Source: Candidatus Daviesbacteria bacterium RIFCSPLOWO2_01_FULL_39_23 (GTDB lineage: Bacteria; Patescibacteriota; Microgenomatia; Daviesbacterales; UBA10151). Taken from it: DNA of 64,000 bases. The notes below the pieces were generated by a model. The model saw only the letters and a list, made by a program, of their open reading frames with translations. It was not told the DNA's origin and did no database searches. The stretch is taken from contig MFDN01000001.1 of NCBI GenBank assembly GCA_001776935.1, positions 101,449 through 165,448 on the forward strand, in the 5' to 3' direction. The position numbers and the translations under genes were made by a program. Numbering within the stretch: position 1 is the first letter of the stretch; each line of letters starts with the position of its first letter. This document shows, in pieces, positions 21,033 through 31,493 of the stretch.

Positions 21033-22679
21033 TTATGGGGCGCATTTTAGTTGGGGATTAGTGCTATAGCCGTAAAGAATGGTTTTCCCTAGTAGGTCTT
21101 TAAATTCATAGCTTAAGGTAAATGCATGGTCTTTGGCTTGATCTTTTGATAAAGTTGCATCATCAGTAACTATTATTTCATTTGCACATTGATCAATATC
21201 CCATCTGATATTTCTTATATCAATATTATCGATCTTTCTATATTTATTAAAGTCTACATTGGTGTAATAGTTTCTCAACACTTGGGGGTTTGTCTGTTTT
21301 TGTAGTTGGTAGGGCTCGGTTTTCTTATATGTCGCCATTAGAATATAAGGGGCATCATAGATTTCCGTATCTAAAACAAAAGATTGGTCCTTTAATTTTT
21401 CACTAAGATTTGCAACTTCTAAATAAGGATATCCAAATGAGGAAGATCGTTCGCTTTTAAATATAATAAAATATGACATATACAACATTAGGCAAGATAT
21501 CAAACCTAGAAAGATTCCTAAACTATATTTAATGAGCTTAAGATGAAAGATTTGTAATAAATTGAATAATCCAAAACTAATCAAAATGCTAATACCCCAA
21601 AGCGTAGGTAACATTCTTAATGTATAAAAAGGGTCGCCTGTTAAAGCAGCAGGCAAAGATCCAAAAGCTATGCACAGGAAAATAAGTTTAATAACGCTAT
21701 CAGTGCGATTATAGTAAACATATTTAATTCCTAAAAAGAACGGAATAATCATCCAAAAATAAAATACACTCATATCAGGCATTGATCTAAATGATTGGTT
21801 TTCCGCCTCGAAAAATAAACTTCTGGGTGAGTATGAAGATATATATTGTGAGGAAAACTTATTAAGTATATATAGGCTTCTGCCAAAAACGAGAATTTTC
21901 TTAAAGGTTCCTCCATATTTTTCAAATGTTTGTTTTTGGGTAAACCCTTGTGTATTAAATCTTTGCAGTGACCCGGGGGTTGTTAAAAGTAAAAGTTGTG
22001 GCAGGGAAATAAGGAAGAAAATTATTATTCCAATGAAAATAATTTTTTTATTCTTGATGAAGTTTTTTTTAAAAACAATGATAATTAATATTAGAAAAAC
22101 AAAGGATAAAACCCTTTCTGCGTGGTACGCATATGCGGAGAATGCTAAAGTCGCAGTGGCCGGAATAAAGAAAATAATTCTTTTAATAGATAAAATAAAA
22201 AAGAACATGCTTGTTGCAAATATAATCAAAGCAAAATTTGCCTCGACCGCCACTCTGCTTTGAAAGATGGCCCAAGGTGATAGGCTTAGTACCAAAGCAG
22301 ATAGAATGGCTAAAGAGGAGTTGTGTCTAATTTTCGACCTTTTAAGGATTAAATAGGTGATTAACACTAAAAACGTTCCTGATAGAGCTGATAAGAAGCG
22401 TATAGAAAATATATTCAGTCCGAATAATGCTATTGGGATAGTAGTGAAATAGGCATACAAAGCAGGCTTAAAGTCTCCAAATGATCTTAAAAAAATAGGG
22501 AAAGGCTGACCATATTCATCTTTGCCGGTATTTAAAAGTGAATAAGCATTATAACCAAGCGAGGCTTCGTCAACGTAAAGTCCGGCAGGAATATTATCCA
22601 AAGATACAAATCTAAGAAAGACTGACAGTAGCAAAATGATACAAATAGGCACTATTTCTTTAAAGAGCTTTTTTGACAT
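21033..22679 (-). CDS. PMT/ArnT-superfamily GT-C glycosyltransferase, paralog d
   Basis: LYVDEASLGYNAYSLLNTGKDEYG and SPWAIFQSRVAVE. Confidence 0.65.
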   Translation of the reverse strand: MSKKLFKEIVPICIILLLSVFLRFVSLDNIPAGLYVDEASLGYNAYSLLNTGKDEYGQPFPIFLRSFGDFKPALYAYFTTIPIALFGLNIFSIRFLSALSGTFLVLITYLILKRSKIRHNSSLAILSALVLSLSPWAIFQSRVAVEANFALIIFATSMFFFILSIKRIIFFIPATATLAFSAYAYHAERVLSFVFLILIIIVFKKNFIKNKKIIFIGIIIFFLISLPQLLLLTTPGSLQRFNTQGFTQKQTFEKYGGTFKKILVFGRSLYILNKFSSQYISSYSPRSLFFEAENQSFRSMPDMSVFYFWMIIPFFLGIKYVYYNRTDSVIKLIFLCIAFGSLPAALTGDPFYTLRMLPTLWGISILISFGLFNLLQIFHLKLIKYSLGIFLGLISCLMLYMSYFIIFKSERSSSFGYPYLEVANLSEKLKDQSFVLDTEIYDAPYILMATYKKTEPYQLQKQTNPQVLRNYYTNVDFNKYRKIDNIDIRNIRWDIDQCANEIIVTDDATLSKDQAKDHAFTLSYEFKDLLGKTILYGYSTNPQLKCAP

Positions 22680-23373
22680 AATTTTTTTTAATAACTGAAG
22701 CAGCTCCTAAGGCTATAACAATACTAATATAGGGGAATAAAAGAATCGGGCCTAATTTAAAGTAGGGAGAGATAAACCCAGTTATGATAATAGAAGCGAG
22801 CAAATACGCAGTTAAGGCCTTAATTTTTCCAAAGGATAATGCATGTATTAGTACACCTATTATAAAAAGGGGTAGCAGAAAGGGGGAGTATTTTTCAAAC
22901 TCATCAATACCTGATTTCTCTCTTGGATGGCTTGAAAAAAAATATAGATTTGGATCAACAGAATATGATATGTTTCTTAGGTATTTTCCGAGAGACATAC
23001 TCCAATTCTTATAGAAATTTTGAGACAGCTTATTGGTAAATAAGATTCCTAAACCGTCCGCATATACGCCATGTCTTTGTGTTTGTATTTTTTCATCAGT
23101 AGGACTTAGGGTCTTTAAGGTGTAGTCAAAATGATTTTTAATCAGTAGAGTAGATAATATAACAAACAGTACTCCCATTATGACCGATAATTTTAATCCA
23201 GAAAATACATTAAAAGAGGCAAAAAATAAGATAAAAGTAATGAGTATTAGCAGCAGTCCATACAAAAAATTTTCCTTTAAAATAAGTATCCACCAAAAGT
23301 TTGCAAAAGTAATTAATATAAAGACAATTAGCTTAAGATAATAAGAGTGCAGAGATGGGTTTGTCTTATTCAT
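22660..23373 (-). CDS. Small polytopic membrane protein, a possible partner of the PMT-like genes
   Basis: 237 aa: TM bundle, soluble loop of about 80 aa, then a second TM bundle. It is flanked by and overlaps PMT-like paralogs d and e. Confidence 0.5.
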   Translation of the reverse strand: MNKTNPSLHSYYLKLIVFILITFANFWWILILKENFLYGLLLILITFILFFASFNVFSGLKLSVIMGVLFVILSTLLIKNHFDYTLKTLSPTDEKIQTQRHGVYADGLGILFTNKLSQNFYKNWSMSLGKYLRNISYSVDPNLYFFSSHPREKSGIDEFEKYSPFLLPLFIIGVLIHALSFGKIKALTAYLLASIIITGFISPYFKLGPILLFPYISIVIALGAASVIKKNYVKKAL

Positions 23374-24988
23374 TAATCTCCATTATATATAAATAGAATG
23401 CAGGTGTTAAATTGGGCAAAGTAATTGTGTGAATTTTTTTAAGTTGCGACTGCGCAGGAGGAATATTAGATGCTGGTACTATATAAAGGATAGCTTCTGC
23501 TATGTTTTCTCTTTCCCACGAAATCTCCCTTATTTGGTATTTATCAAAGAAAGTCCCTTCTCTATTGCTTTTGCTTTCCAAAATTCTCTGAGGGTCAAGA
23601 TTTGTGTTATATGGGATATAAACACTTGGGAGCCCCGAATAGATATTTCCCGGGCCGAACCTTGGGTCAATTATTATTTGCTTAAATTCTTTATATTTTG
23701 GTTTGATAAAAAGCGCCATTTGTTTGTATCCATATTGAAATCCTTCTGCATGATCTTTCGGAAAATGATAATAAAAAACAGCCAAAAAAAATATAAATGA
23801 AACAGTTAAAACTATAATAAATATTATTTTCCAGATAATATTTACAGACCTCCAGAATATCAAAATTCCAATAGAGCATATGATAGAGATCGGGATAACT
23901 GTAATGAGATTTCTGGAGGTGCTTTGAGGACCAGTGGTTAAAGATGCAGTAATAGGAGTTGTTATTAAGAGAGTATAAATAAATTTAGTTTGCTCTTTAA
24001 ATAATAGTCTTGTCTTAATAATTCCAAAAATAAAAAAAGGAAGAAAAGGGAATAGAAAAACTCCTATTTGGAAAGGATCTCCTTGTGGAAGCAAATTATA
24101 GCCGGTGAAGAAAAGGTAGGAAAGGTTAAAATACAAAGAATATTTTTCCCAAATTGCCTGTAAAATAAATGCTAACTTTTGCCAAAAGAGAAAGCTAGGA
24201 TCTTCTAATTTCTTTGCCAGGTATGGTTCTTTTAAAATATTTTCAGTTCCGGCCCTTGTAGTATTTTGCAAATTATTGATTGAATCTAAGATAAGCGGAG
24301 TGATAAGGATTAAGAATAATATGATTCCCAAAAAGTAAAGTTTTCTATTGGTAATTTGCTTGCGGTTTAGGATTAAAAGCACTCCTATGATAAATGGTGT
24401 AAAAACCCACTCAGCGTGATATCCGTATAAAGATAGGGCAAAGGATATAAAGGTCAGTAAAATTATGACAACATTGTTTTTCTTCAAACTTAGAAAGAAT
24501 AGATAGATTCCTGAAGTGAAAAAGAATAGAGCTATATTGGCTTCGTAAGCCATCCTGGAGGCCAGTATATGTATGGGTGAGATAGAAAGAGCAAATGAGC
24601 TAAGCAGACTTAAGGATTTATTTTTGGTGAGCTCGAAAACTAATAAGCCCAAAATTAATATTGTTAAACTGCCAAGTAAAGCAGAAGGAGCTCTGGCTGC
24701 AAAGTCAGTATTACCAAAGATTGATATAGTCGGAATTGTTAAGTAGGCGGTTAGTGGAGCTTTGTATGTATTGTGGGACTGAAAAGACAGGGGCAGAAAA
24801 CGATTGTGTCCGTCTCTAAGAGTTTTAGATACAGAATATGCGTCATATGCAATAGATATTTCATCATTTGATAAATGAGGAGGAACTAAATTTAAATATA
24901 AAAACCGTGTGAGTATTGTTAAGCTTACAATAAGCATAATTAAGATTCTAAAGTCTAATTTAAAATCCATAGAAAATAATTTTTTCAT
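23366..24988 (-). CDS. PMT/ArnT-superfamily GT-C glycosyltransferase, paralog e
   Basis: HLSNDEISIAYDAYSVSKTLRDGHN, SPIHILASRMAYE, and C-terminal GFQYGYKQMALF. The start is placed at the ATG that makes an ATGA overlap with the upstream gene. The ORF track extends to 25027. Confidence 0.6.
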   Translation of the reverse strand: MKKLFSMDFKLDFRILIMLIVSLTILTRFLYLNLVPPHLSNDEISIAYDAYSVSKTLRDGHNRFLPLSFQSHNTYKAPLTAYLTIPTISIFGNTDFAARAPSALLGSLTILILGLLVFELTKNKSLSLLSSFALSISPIHILASRMAYEANIALFFFTSGIYLFFLSLKKNNVVIILLTFISFALSLYGYHAEWVFTPFIIGVLLILNRKQITNRKLYFLGIILFLILITPLILDSINNLQNTTRAGTENILKEPYLAKKLEDPSFLFWQKLAFILQAIWEKYSLYFNLSYLFFTGYNLLPQGDPFQIGVFLFPFLPFFIFGIIKTRLLFKEQTKFIYTLLITTPITASLTTGPQSTSRNLITVIPISIICSIGILIFWRSVNIIWKIIFIIVLTVSFIFFLAVFYYHFPKDHAEGFQYGYKQMALFIKPKYKEFKQIIIDPRFGPGNIYSGLPSVYIPYNTNLDPQRILESKSNREGTFFDKYQIREISWERENIAEAILYIVPASNIPPAQSQLKKIHTITLPNLTPAFYLYIMEINE

Positions 24989-25806
24989 ATCTTTGGGTTG
25001 ACTAGTAAGAAAAGTGTTAAAACCCAAAGAGAAAGATAGAAGGTTTTATTGATTTTTTGTAGCCCTAAAATAATTAGGAAAAGGAAAATTGGCGAAAGCA
25101 AATAAAGGGACTGAAATTTATCCGGCGATCTATCAATTCCCGCAGTAAAGAGAGTGACGAAAAATGCCATTAAACAAAAGTTCCTAAATACTTTTTCCTG
25201 TTTAAAAAGCAAACTAAAACCCATAAAAAGCGGATAGATATTTGCAATTAAAAGAACATCAGAAATATTTTTTAAATTCAAAAAATCAAAAAAATTTGTA
25301 AAAGCAGCGTAGATATAAACAAGCTTTGAATAAAGTAGTTGACGCATTTTGAATGGCAGGAATAGGGCATCTTCCGTGTGTCTTTTAATATGGTAATTGA
25401 TTTCCGGCGAATTAAAGATTAGTTGTGTATCTTGTAAGTTGAGAGGGTATTTTATAATTTCTCCTGAGTAAATATTCCCCACGAATAAAGAAATAGCGAA
25501 GAATATTAAGATCCATTTTTTTGGCCAACGTTTATATAAGATAAAAAAACTCAAAGAAATTAGTGGTAACAATGAGATGAGATTAATATAAGGTAAATAA
25601 TTAAAAAGCGGAATAAGGCTAAAAGAAATAATTATGAGGTAACTTAAATAATAACTTTTGTTTAAAAAGCTTTGAAAAAAATATATTGATAAGACAAGCA
25701 AGAATGAATTAGTTAAAGCAACTGATAAGCTGTGATGGGAGAACAAATTTAATATAAAAGCTAAGAGGAAACATAAAGTTGTAGAAAGTATAAATTTAAA
25801 TTTCAT
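24985..25806 (-). CDS. Small polytopic membrane protein, a possible partner of the PMT-like genes
   Basis: 273 aa with two hydrophobic bundles separated by a soluble loop. Confidence 0.5.
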   Translation of the reverse strand: MKFKFILSTTLCFLLAFILNLFSHHSLSVALTNSFLLVLSIYFFQSFLNKSYYLSYLIIISFSLIPLFNYLPYINLISLLPLISLSFFILYKRWPKKWILIFFAISLFVGNIYSGEIIKYPLNLQDTQLIFNSPEINYHIKRHTEDALFLPFKMRQLLYSKLVYIYAAFTNFFDFLNLKNISDVLLIANIYPLFMGFSLLFKQEKVFRNFCLMAFFVTLFTAGIDRSPDKFQSLYLLSPIFLFLIILGLQKINKTFYLSLWVLTLFLLVNPKI

Positions 25807-25832
25807 AAAATACTATCATAAACTAACTCAAC

Positions 25833-27389
25833 TTAAAAACTGGAAAGGCTTAAAGCAGGCAAGTTCCCCCAGTGTGCTACAAGGTATGGTAAAAATAAGT
25901 TATTATAGATAATACTTTTATAGATAAGATAGGCTAGGAAAATAAACCAGATAAATCTAACAAATTTATATTTTCCAAAGAAAAATCTTGCCAGTAAAAA
26001 TGAGGTAAATATCAGAAAGATCCATCTGTAGTGCACGATGCTTGGTTTAAGACCTAATGCAATACGTCCCCAGTAATAGCTGCTTGAGAAGGCAATAAAA
26101 AAGAATGCATAAGCAGTGGCTATTTTTGGAGTTTCGTATATTTGCCAAATCGCTATTGCAGCAGTGCCTGCTAAAAAGGGCACTAACGAAATTAGATACC
26201 AAGGATAATTTTCACTTCCTATGAGCATGATCAGCAGATAGTGTGTAAAAAGAGGGAGAAGTAAATAAAGAAGATTCCTGCTTTTAATATTGAGGGATAC
26301 AATAACAAAAGAGAGTAAACCCCAAACCCACCATCCATCTACAGGAAAATTTTTAAACTTAAGTGCTTCAAGCATAGTGATTGGCTTTAGAGCGCCAAAG
26401 TAACCGCGGGTAGCATTCGCATTGAGGATATCTAAAAAGATATCTTTTTGAAGCCATAAACCCCAAGCAAAATATAAAAGCATTGGAATTGATGCAGAAA
26501 GAAGAAAAGCAAAAGTTATTTTTTTGGGAATTTTATTTATTATCAATAGAATCAAAGATCCGATTAAAAATCCTATTGCAGGTTCTTTAGCCAGAAAAGC
26601 CAATCCGCCAAATAAACCAGAAAATAAAATAATTGGTATTACCAGAGGCACCCTAGTTTGTTTTTGATATATTTTTATCCCTAAAAATAAGAGTATTAAA
26701 TGTATTAAGATAAAGGGAGGCTCGATATTTTCTAAAAATGCTGTTCTTGTGGCAAGCAGATAAGTTGGGACAGTAGAATAAACTATAACAGCCAAAGTTG
26801 CTACTTGAGGGTTTTGGGTAATGATATAAATAAAAATAAATAATAATGCCGCAGTAATAATAGCTATTGCTAGCGCAGGTTTTCTGAAAGCGTCAGGTTT
26901 GACTTGATCTGCTGTTTGAATACTTGAATTTTCTCCTAAACTGTAAATTAATCCTCCTAAAGGGGGATGATCAAAAAAAGGTGCTACAAAAAACATAAGT
27001 TCAGTACCTTTCATATAATCCATTTGTTCTTTTGCAAAAATCGGTCTGGCGTTTCGTTTAAACTCCTGTAAATTAATAAGGGTGTTTTCCGATTTCATAG
27101 CAAATCCCACTAAATTTCCGGCTCTGGGGTTATTTTTTTGACCTGTGTAAACATGTGAGATTGTAGTCCAGGCTACAGGTAGGCCGGTAGAACGCAAGCT
27201 AAGTCCTTGCCAGACATAATTAAATTCATCTGTGATCGGAGGAGGGATAGTTTCATACCCAAACCATCTATAAAAAGTGCTCTGCCATATGATAATGACA
27301 GAAATTAATATAGAAACTAAGAAAGGCAGTATTTGGAGGAGTTTATTATAGTTTAATTGAGCAAAAATAACTTTTATAGCTGAAGACAT
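25833..27389 (-). CDS. ArnT-like GT-C glycosyltransferase, family C paralog 2
   Basis: 518 aa. It contains ITDEFNYVWQGLSLRSTGLPVAW and FFDHPPLGGLIYSL, homologous to the 17849..19318 product. Confidence 0.55.
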   Translation of the reverse strand: MSSAIKVIFAQLNYNKLLQILPFLVSILISVIIIWQSTFYRWFGYETIPPPITDEFNYVWQGLSLRSTGLPVAWTTISHVYTGQKNNPRAGNLVGFAMKSENTLINLQEFKRNARPIFAKEQMDYMKGTELMFFVAPFFDHPPLGGLIYSLGENSSIQTADQVKPDAFRKPALAIAIITAALLFIFIYIITQNPQVATLAVIVYSTVPTYLLATRTAFLENIEPPFILIHLILLFLGIKIYQKQTRVPLVIPIILFSGLFGGLAFLAKEPAIGFLIGSLILLIINKIPKKITFAFLLSASIPMLLYFAWGLWLQKDIFLDILNANATRGYFGALKPITMLEALKFKNFPVDGWWVWGLLSFVIVSLNIKSRNLLYLLLPLFTHYLLIMLIGSENYPWYLISLVPFLAGTAAIAIWQIYETPKIATAYAFFFIAFSSSYYWGRIALGLKPSIVHYRWIFLIFTSFLLARFFFGKYKFVRFIWFIFLAYLIYKSIIYNNLFLPYLVAHWGNLPALSLSSF

Positions 27390-27420
27390 TTGAATTCATT
27401 ATGACAGGGAGAAAATTCAG

Positions 27421-29064
27421 TTGCAATATTGTAATCATGTTATGATTAAGTTTGAGAATATGCATTTTTTAATATCAAAATTAAAACAAACAAAGTATTT
27501 ATTAGTTTTAATATTGATATTTGCTTTTGCTATAAGAGTCTATAATCTTGCAGAGGTTCCGCCATCTTTGAGCTGGGATGAGGCTTCTATTGGTTATGAT
27601 GCCTGGTCAATTGTGCAGGATGGTAAAGATCAGTGGGGAGAACGCTTACCGTTAATATTCCGATCTTTCGGGGAGTATAAGTTCCCTTTTCATATTTATA
27701 CAACCGCTGTGTTTGTGAGTATTTTGGGATTATCGGAATATGCGGTGCGGCTGCCTTCTGCTTTGTTTGGCGTGGTTAATATATTTTTGATTTTTTTCTT
27801 TGCAAGAAACCTTACGGGAAGTGTCTATATCGGTCTATTGTCCTCATTATTTTTGGCTATCTCTCCGTGGCATATTCAATTTTCCAGGGTCAATTGGGAA
27901 ACTAACTTTGCATTATTTTTCTTCTTTTTGGGCAATTTAGCTTTTCTAAAAGTTGTGAAAAGAGAAAGAGGAAAAATATTGATTCCAATTTCTTATTTTC
28001 TTTTTGGCTTGACCACCTATTCTTATAATGCTGCAAAAGTCTTTGTCCCCTTTTATCTGCTATTTTTGACAATAATTTATTTTAAACGTCTAATCAGATA
28101 CAAAGCGATGTTTATTCTTGGAATAGGCGGCTTCCTGTTAATTATTTTTTTAACTTTATTAAATCCTAAATTATCAGGTACTGTCAGGTTTCAGCAGGTG
28201 GATTTTCCTAATGATTGGATAATTTCAACCGCCACATACAAACTCACAAATAACAGGATATTCTCCAGAGGGGAACTTTTTATCAGGCAGTACTATTCCC
28301 ATTTTTCGCCTAAATTTTTACTTTTATCCGGAGATGAAAATTCCAGACATTCCTCTCAAGTTATGGGACAAGCATATATATTTGATGTTTTGTTTATTAT
28401 TATCGGTTTATTTATTTTATCCAGAAGAAGAACAAAAGAAGATTTAGTGTTATTAGTATGGTTTTTTATGGCTTTTATACCTGCTTCGATAGCCAAAGAG
28501 GCTCCGCATGCTTCAAGAGCGATGTTTGCTTTAGGAAGCTTTCATATTGTTTCTGCAACTGGACTTTCTCACTTTTTTTCGCATTTCAGAAACAATATAC
28601 AAAAAAAAGCCTTTATTTTTTTTGCTGCATTATTTATCACTGTGCTTTTTGGCAGATATTTCTATTTGTATTTAACAAGCTATCCAGTCGGGTATTCTCA
28701 GGATTGGCAGTACGGCTATAAGCAAATTTTCACAAAATATAAAGACGAATTTCAAAAATATGATAATATTTTTATTTCGGACGCATATGCCCAGCCGTAT
28801 ATTTTTGCTCTTTTTTACTTAAAATATGATCCAAAGAAATTCAGGGCAGAAGCTGTGCGCAACAGCATGGATCAATGGGGATTTTCAACAGTTAAAACCT
28901 TTGATAAATTTATTTTCGGAAAAGTAAAAGATGCAGAGGCTGTAAAAGGCATAAGTTTAATCTTTGCTTCGCCTTCCGAGTATCTGGCAAAAACTCCTTC
29001 TAAAGATGTAATATTGAATTTGGACGCAAGCCCAGCTTTTTATGTTTATGAATACGCAAAATAA
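27421..29064 (+). CDS. PMT/ArnT-superfamily GT-C glycosyltransferase, paralog f
   Basis: LSWDEASIGYDAWSIVQDGKDQWG, SPWHIQFSRVNWE, and C-terminal SQDWQYGYKQIF. The true start may be an internal ATG. Confidence 0.65.
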   Translation: MQYCNHVMIKFENMHFLISKLKQTKYLLVLILIFAFAIRVYNLAEVPPSLSWDEASIGYDAWSIVQDGKDQWGERLPLIFRSFGEYKFPFHIYTTAVFVSILGLSEYAVRLPSALFGVVNIFLIFFFARNLTGSVYIGLLSSLFLAISPWHIQFSRVNWETNFALFFFFLGNLAFLKVVKRERGKILIPISYFLFGLTTYSYNAAKVFVPFYLLFLTIIYFKRLIRYKAMFILGIGGFLLIIFLTLLNPKLSGTVRFQQVDFPNDWIISTATYKLTNNRIFSRGELFIRQYYSHFSPKFLLLSGDENSRHSSQVMGQAYIFDVLFIIIGLFILSRRRTKEDLVLLVWFFMAFIPASIAKEAPHASRAMFALGSFHIVSATGLSHFFSHFRNNIQKKAFIFFAALFITVLFGRYFYLYLTSYPVGYSQDWQYGYKQIFTKYKDEFQKYDNIFISDAYAQPYIFALFYLKYDPKKFRAEAVRNSMDQWGFSTVKTFDKFIFGKVKDAEAVKGISLIFASPSEYLAKTPSKDVILNLDASPAFYVYEYAK

Positions 29065-30688
29065 GATTAAAATAGTTATTCTGATTTTAATTATATTTCT
29101 TGCAGCTTCCTTGCGCCTTTATAAATTGGATCAAATCCCCCCTTCTTTAAATTGGGATGAAACTGCCGGGGCTTATAATGCTTATGTAATTGCAAACTGG
29201 GCAAGGGACGAATGGGGCCAGTTTCTTCCTTTAATCTTTACCTCTTTTAGGGATGACAAGCACCCTGTGCATGTATACATCACTGCAGTGGTTGTGAAAA
29301 TCTTCGGATTATCAGACTTTACCGCCAGGCTGTCGGGAGCGCTGGTTGGGATATTTTCCGTGCTGGTAATTTATTATTTGGCTGGCATTTTTTTTAAAAA
29401 TAGCTTGGCAGCGTTATTTTCCGCCTTTTTTTTGGCTGTATCTCCTTATCACCTGCAATTTTCAAGGGGGTTATGGGAAGTTAATTTTGCTCTTTTTTTC
29501 TTTTTGCTGGGTCTTTTGATGTTTTATTTAGGAATAAAAAAGAAAGCCCGGCTTATTAATATTTCTTTTTTCAGCTTTGGACTTAGCCTATTGTCTTATC
29601 ATTCGTCAAAAGTAGTTGTTCCTATGATGGTGCTTTTGCTGGTTGTTTTGTATTTTAAGGATCTTAGAAAACTTTCATTAAATTTTTACACAGGCATATT
29701 TATTTTCCTTATTTTTATTACTTTATTATTTATCGATCCGCGCCTGGTAGGATTTGCCAGGGCAAAGCAAACACAATTCGGCCAGGATGTTATTGAAAAG
29801 ACTCGAATATATCAAAAAACAAAAAATTCCACACTTGGACTGGCAGAAATTGCATTAAATCAGTATATAACTCATTTTTCTCTAAACTATTTATTTCTTT
29901 ACGGCGATCAAAGTCCGCGAAATTCTGTTAAAACAAGTGGGGAATTCTATAAATCAGATGGCTTATTTTTTATTGCCGGTCTTTTGTACCTAATAAAATT
30001 AAGATCAAGAGTTAGTCTGGTCTTACTTTTTTGGTTGCTGCTGGCACCAATACCATCCAGCTTGGTAGGCGGAGCTCCCAGCGCTACAAGAGCAATTTTT
30101 ATGGCGGGAAGCATGCATCTTTTGGCGGGGGCAGGCGCAGCAGGCATTGCCGGATTGCTGGGTAAAAAACTTAAGGTTTTTGTCGTGATTTTAATTCTTC
30201 TTTTTGTGAGCGTACAGGCTTATTTTTTTCTTGGCTACTATTTTAATGCCTATCCCAAAAAAGACCCTCATGAGTGGCAATACGGGATGAAGCAAATTGT
30301 AGAATTTGTTAAAGAACACGAGGAATATGACTATATCTTTATGACTGATATACGTTCTCAGCCGTATATATTTTTTCTATATTATTTAAAACACCCTCTA
30401 CCTGAATATTTAAACAGTGTGGTGTACAATAATAGTGAAGAGAGTGTAAAATATAATACTGTTTCCTATTTTGGCGGGTATTACTTGGGAAAAGAGGGGG
30501 AGGAAAGAAGGATTAATGTCTATTTTGGAGGTTGGGATCCGATTGAAAGCACTCCTGATAAAGGAAGGCTTTATGTAGTCAGTCCAAGCCAGTATGATGG
30601 GCTTAAGCACAGGTCAAGTTTTGATGTTAAAAAGATAATTTATTATCCTGACGGAGGAAAAGCTTTTTATATCGTAAGCGCAACTTGA
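29042..30688 (+). CDS. PMT/ArnT-superfamily GT-C glycosyltransferase, paralog g
   Basis: LNWDETAGAYNAYVIANWARDEWG, SPYHLQFSRGLWE, and C-terminal HEWQYGMKQIV. It overlaps paralog f by about 20 nt. Confidence 0.65.
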   Translation: MFMNTQNKIKIVILILIIFLAASLRLYKLDQIPPSLNWDETAGAYNAYVIANWARDEWGQFLPLIFTSFRDDKHPVHVYITAVVVKIFGLSDFTARLSGALVGIFSVLVIYYLAGIFFKNSLAALFSAFFLAVSPYHLQFSRGLWEVNFALFFFLLGLLMFYLGIKKKARLINISFFSFGLSLLSYHSSKVVVPMMVLLLVVLYFKDLRKLSLNFYTGIFIFLIFITLLFIDPRLVGFARAKQTQFGQDVIEKTRIYQKTKNSTLGLAEIALNQYITHFSLNYLFLYGDQSPRNSVKTSGEFYKSDGLFFIAGLLYLIKLRSRVSLVLLFWLLLAPIPSSLVGGAPSATRAIFMAGSMHLLAGAGAAGIAGLLGKKLKVFVVILILLFVSVQAYFFLGYYFNAYPKKDPHEWQYGMKQIVEFVKEHEEYDYIFMTDIRSQPYIFFLYYLKHPLPEYLNSVVYNNSEESVKYNTVSYFGGYYLGKEGEERRINVYFGGWDPIESTPDKGRLYVVSPSQYDGLKHRSSFDVKKIIYYPDGGKAFYIVSAT

Positions 30689-30704
30689 AATTAGCAGGTA
30701 ATTT

Positions 30705-31493
30705 ATGAAAAAGAAAACGCTTTCTGTAGTTTTAGCAACACATAATGAAGAAAAAAATCTCGCTGATTGTTTGGAAGCAATCAAAGGGATTGCAGACGAA
30801 ATAGTGGTTGTGGACGGGGATTCTGAAGATAATACCGTAAATATTGCCAAAGACTTTAATGCAAGGGTTATTATTACGAATAACCCTCCCATTTTTCATA
30901 TAAATAAAAATAAGGCCATTGATGCAAGTAGAAGTGATTGGGTTTTGCAACTGGATGCTGATGAGATAGTATCTGCTGACTTAGCAAAGGAAATTATTAA
31001 AGTGATAAATTCAGACTTGGAGATTAATGGTTATTGGATTCCCCGAAGCAATCTTTTTTTAGGGAGTTTTTTGAAAAAAGGGGGGCAATATCCGGATTAT
31101 ACTTTAAGGCTTTATCGTCGCGGGAAAGGAAGACTACCGGCTAAAGATGTGCATGAGCAGGCAGTGGTAGAGGGTAAAGTAGGATACTTAAAAAACGATC
31201 TTTTGCATTTAAGGGATAAAAACTTTTCAGAATATTATGTAAGATTTAGAAGGTATACGGATTTACTTGCAGCTCAATTAGGAGAAAGAGGGGTAAAGAT
31301 CAGTCTGTTCTCATTTGTAAATTACATATTTATTAAGCCCCTGCATTGGTTTCTTAAGGTTTTTGTAAGACATAAGGGATTTGTAGACGGATATCCTGGA
31401 TTTGTTTTTGCATTCTTTTCATCACTTCGGTTTCCTGTTTCTTATTATAAATTCTGGAGGCGGCAGAGGTTTCCTGATGAAAATAGGACTTAA
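30705..31493 (+). CDS. Glycosyltransferase family 2
   Basis: LSVVLATHNEEKNLADCLEAIKGIADEIVVVDGDSEDNT and LDADE. Confidence 0.6.
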   Translation: MKKKTLSVVLATHNEEKNLADCLEAIKGIADEIVVVDGDSEDNTVNIAKDFNARVIITNNPPIFHINKNKAIDASRSDWVLQLDADEIVSADLAKEIIKVINSDLEINGYWIPRSNLFLGSFLKKGGQYPDYTLRLYRRGKGRLPAKDVHEQAVVEGKVGYLKNDLLHLRDKNFSEYYVRFRRYTDLLAAQLGERGVKISLFSFVNYIFIKPLHWFLKVFVRHKGFVDGYPGFVFAFFSSLRFPVSYYKFWRRQRFPDENRT

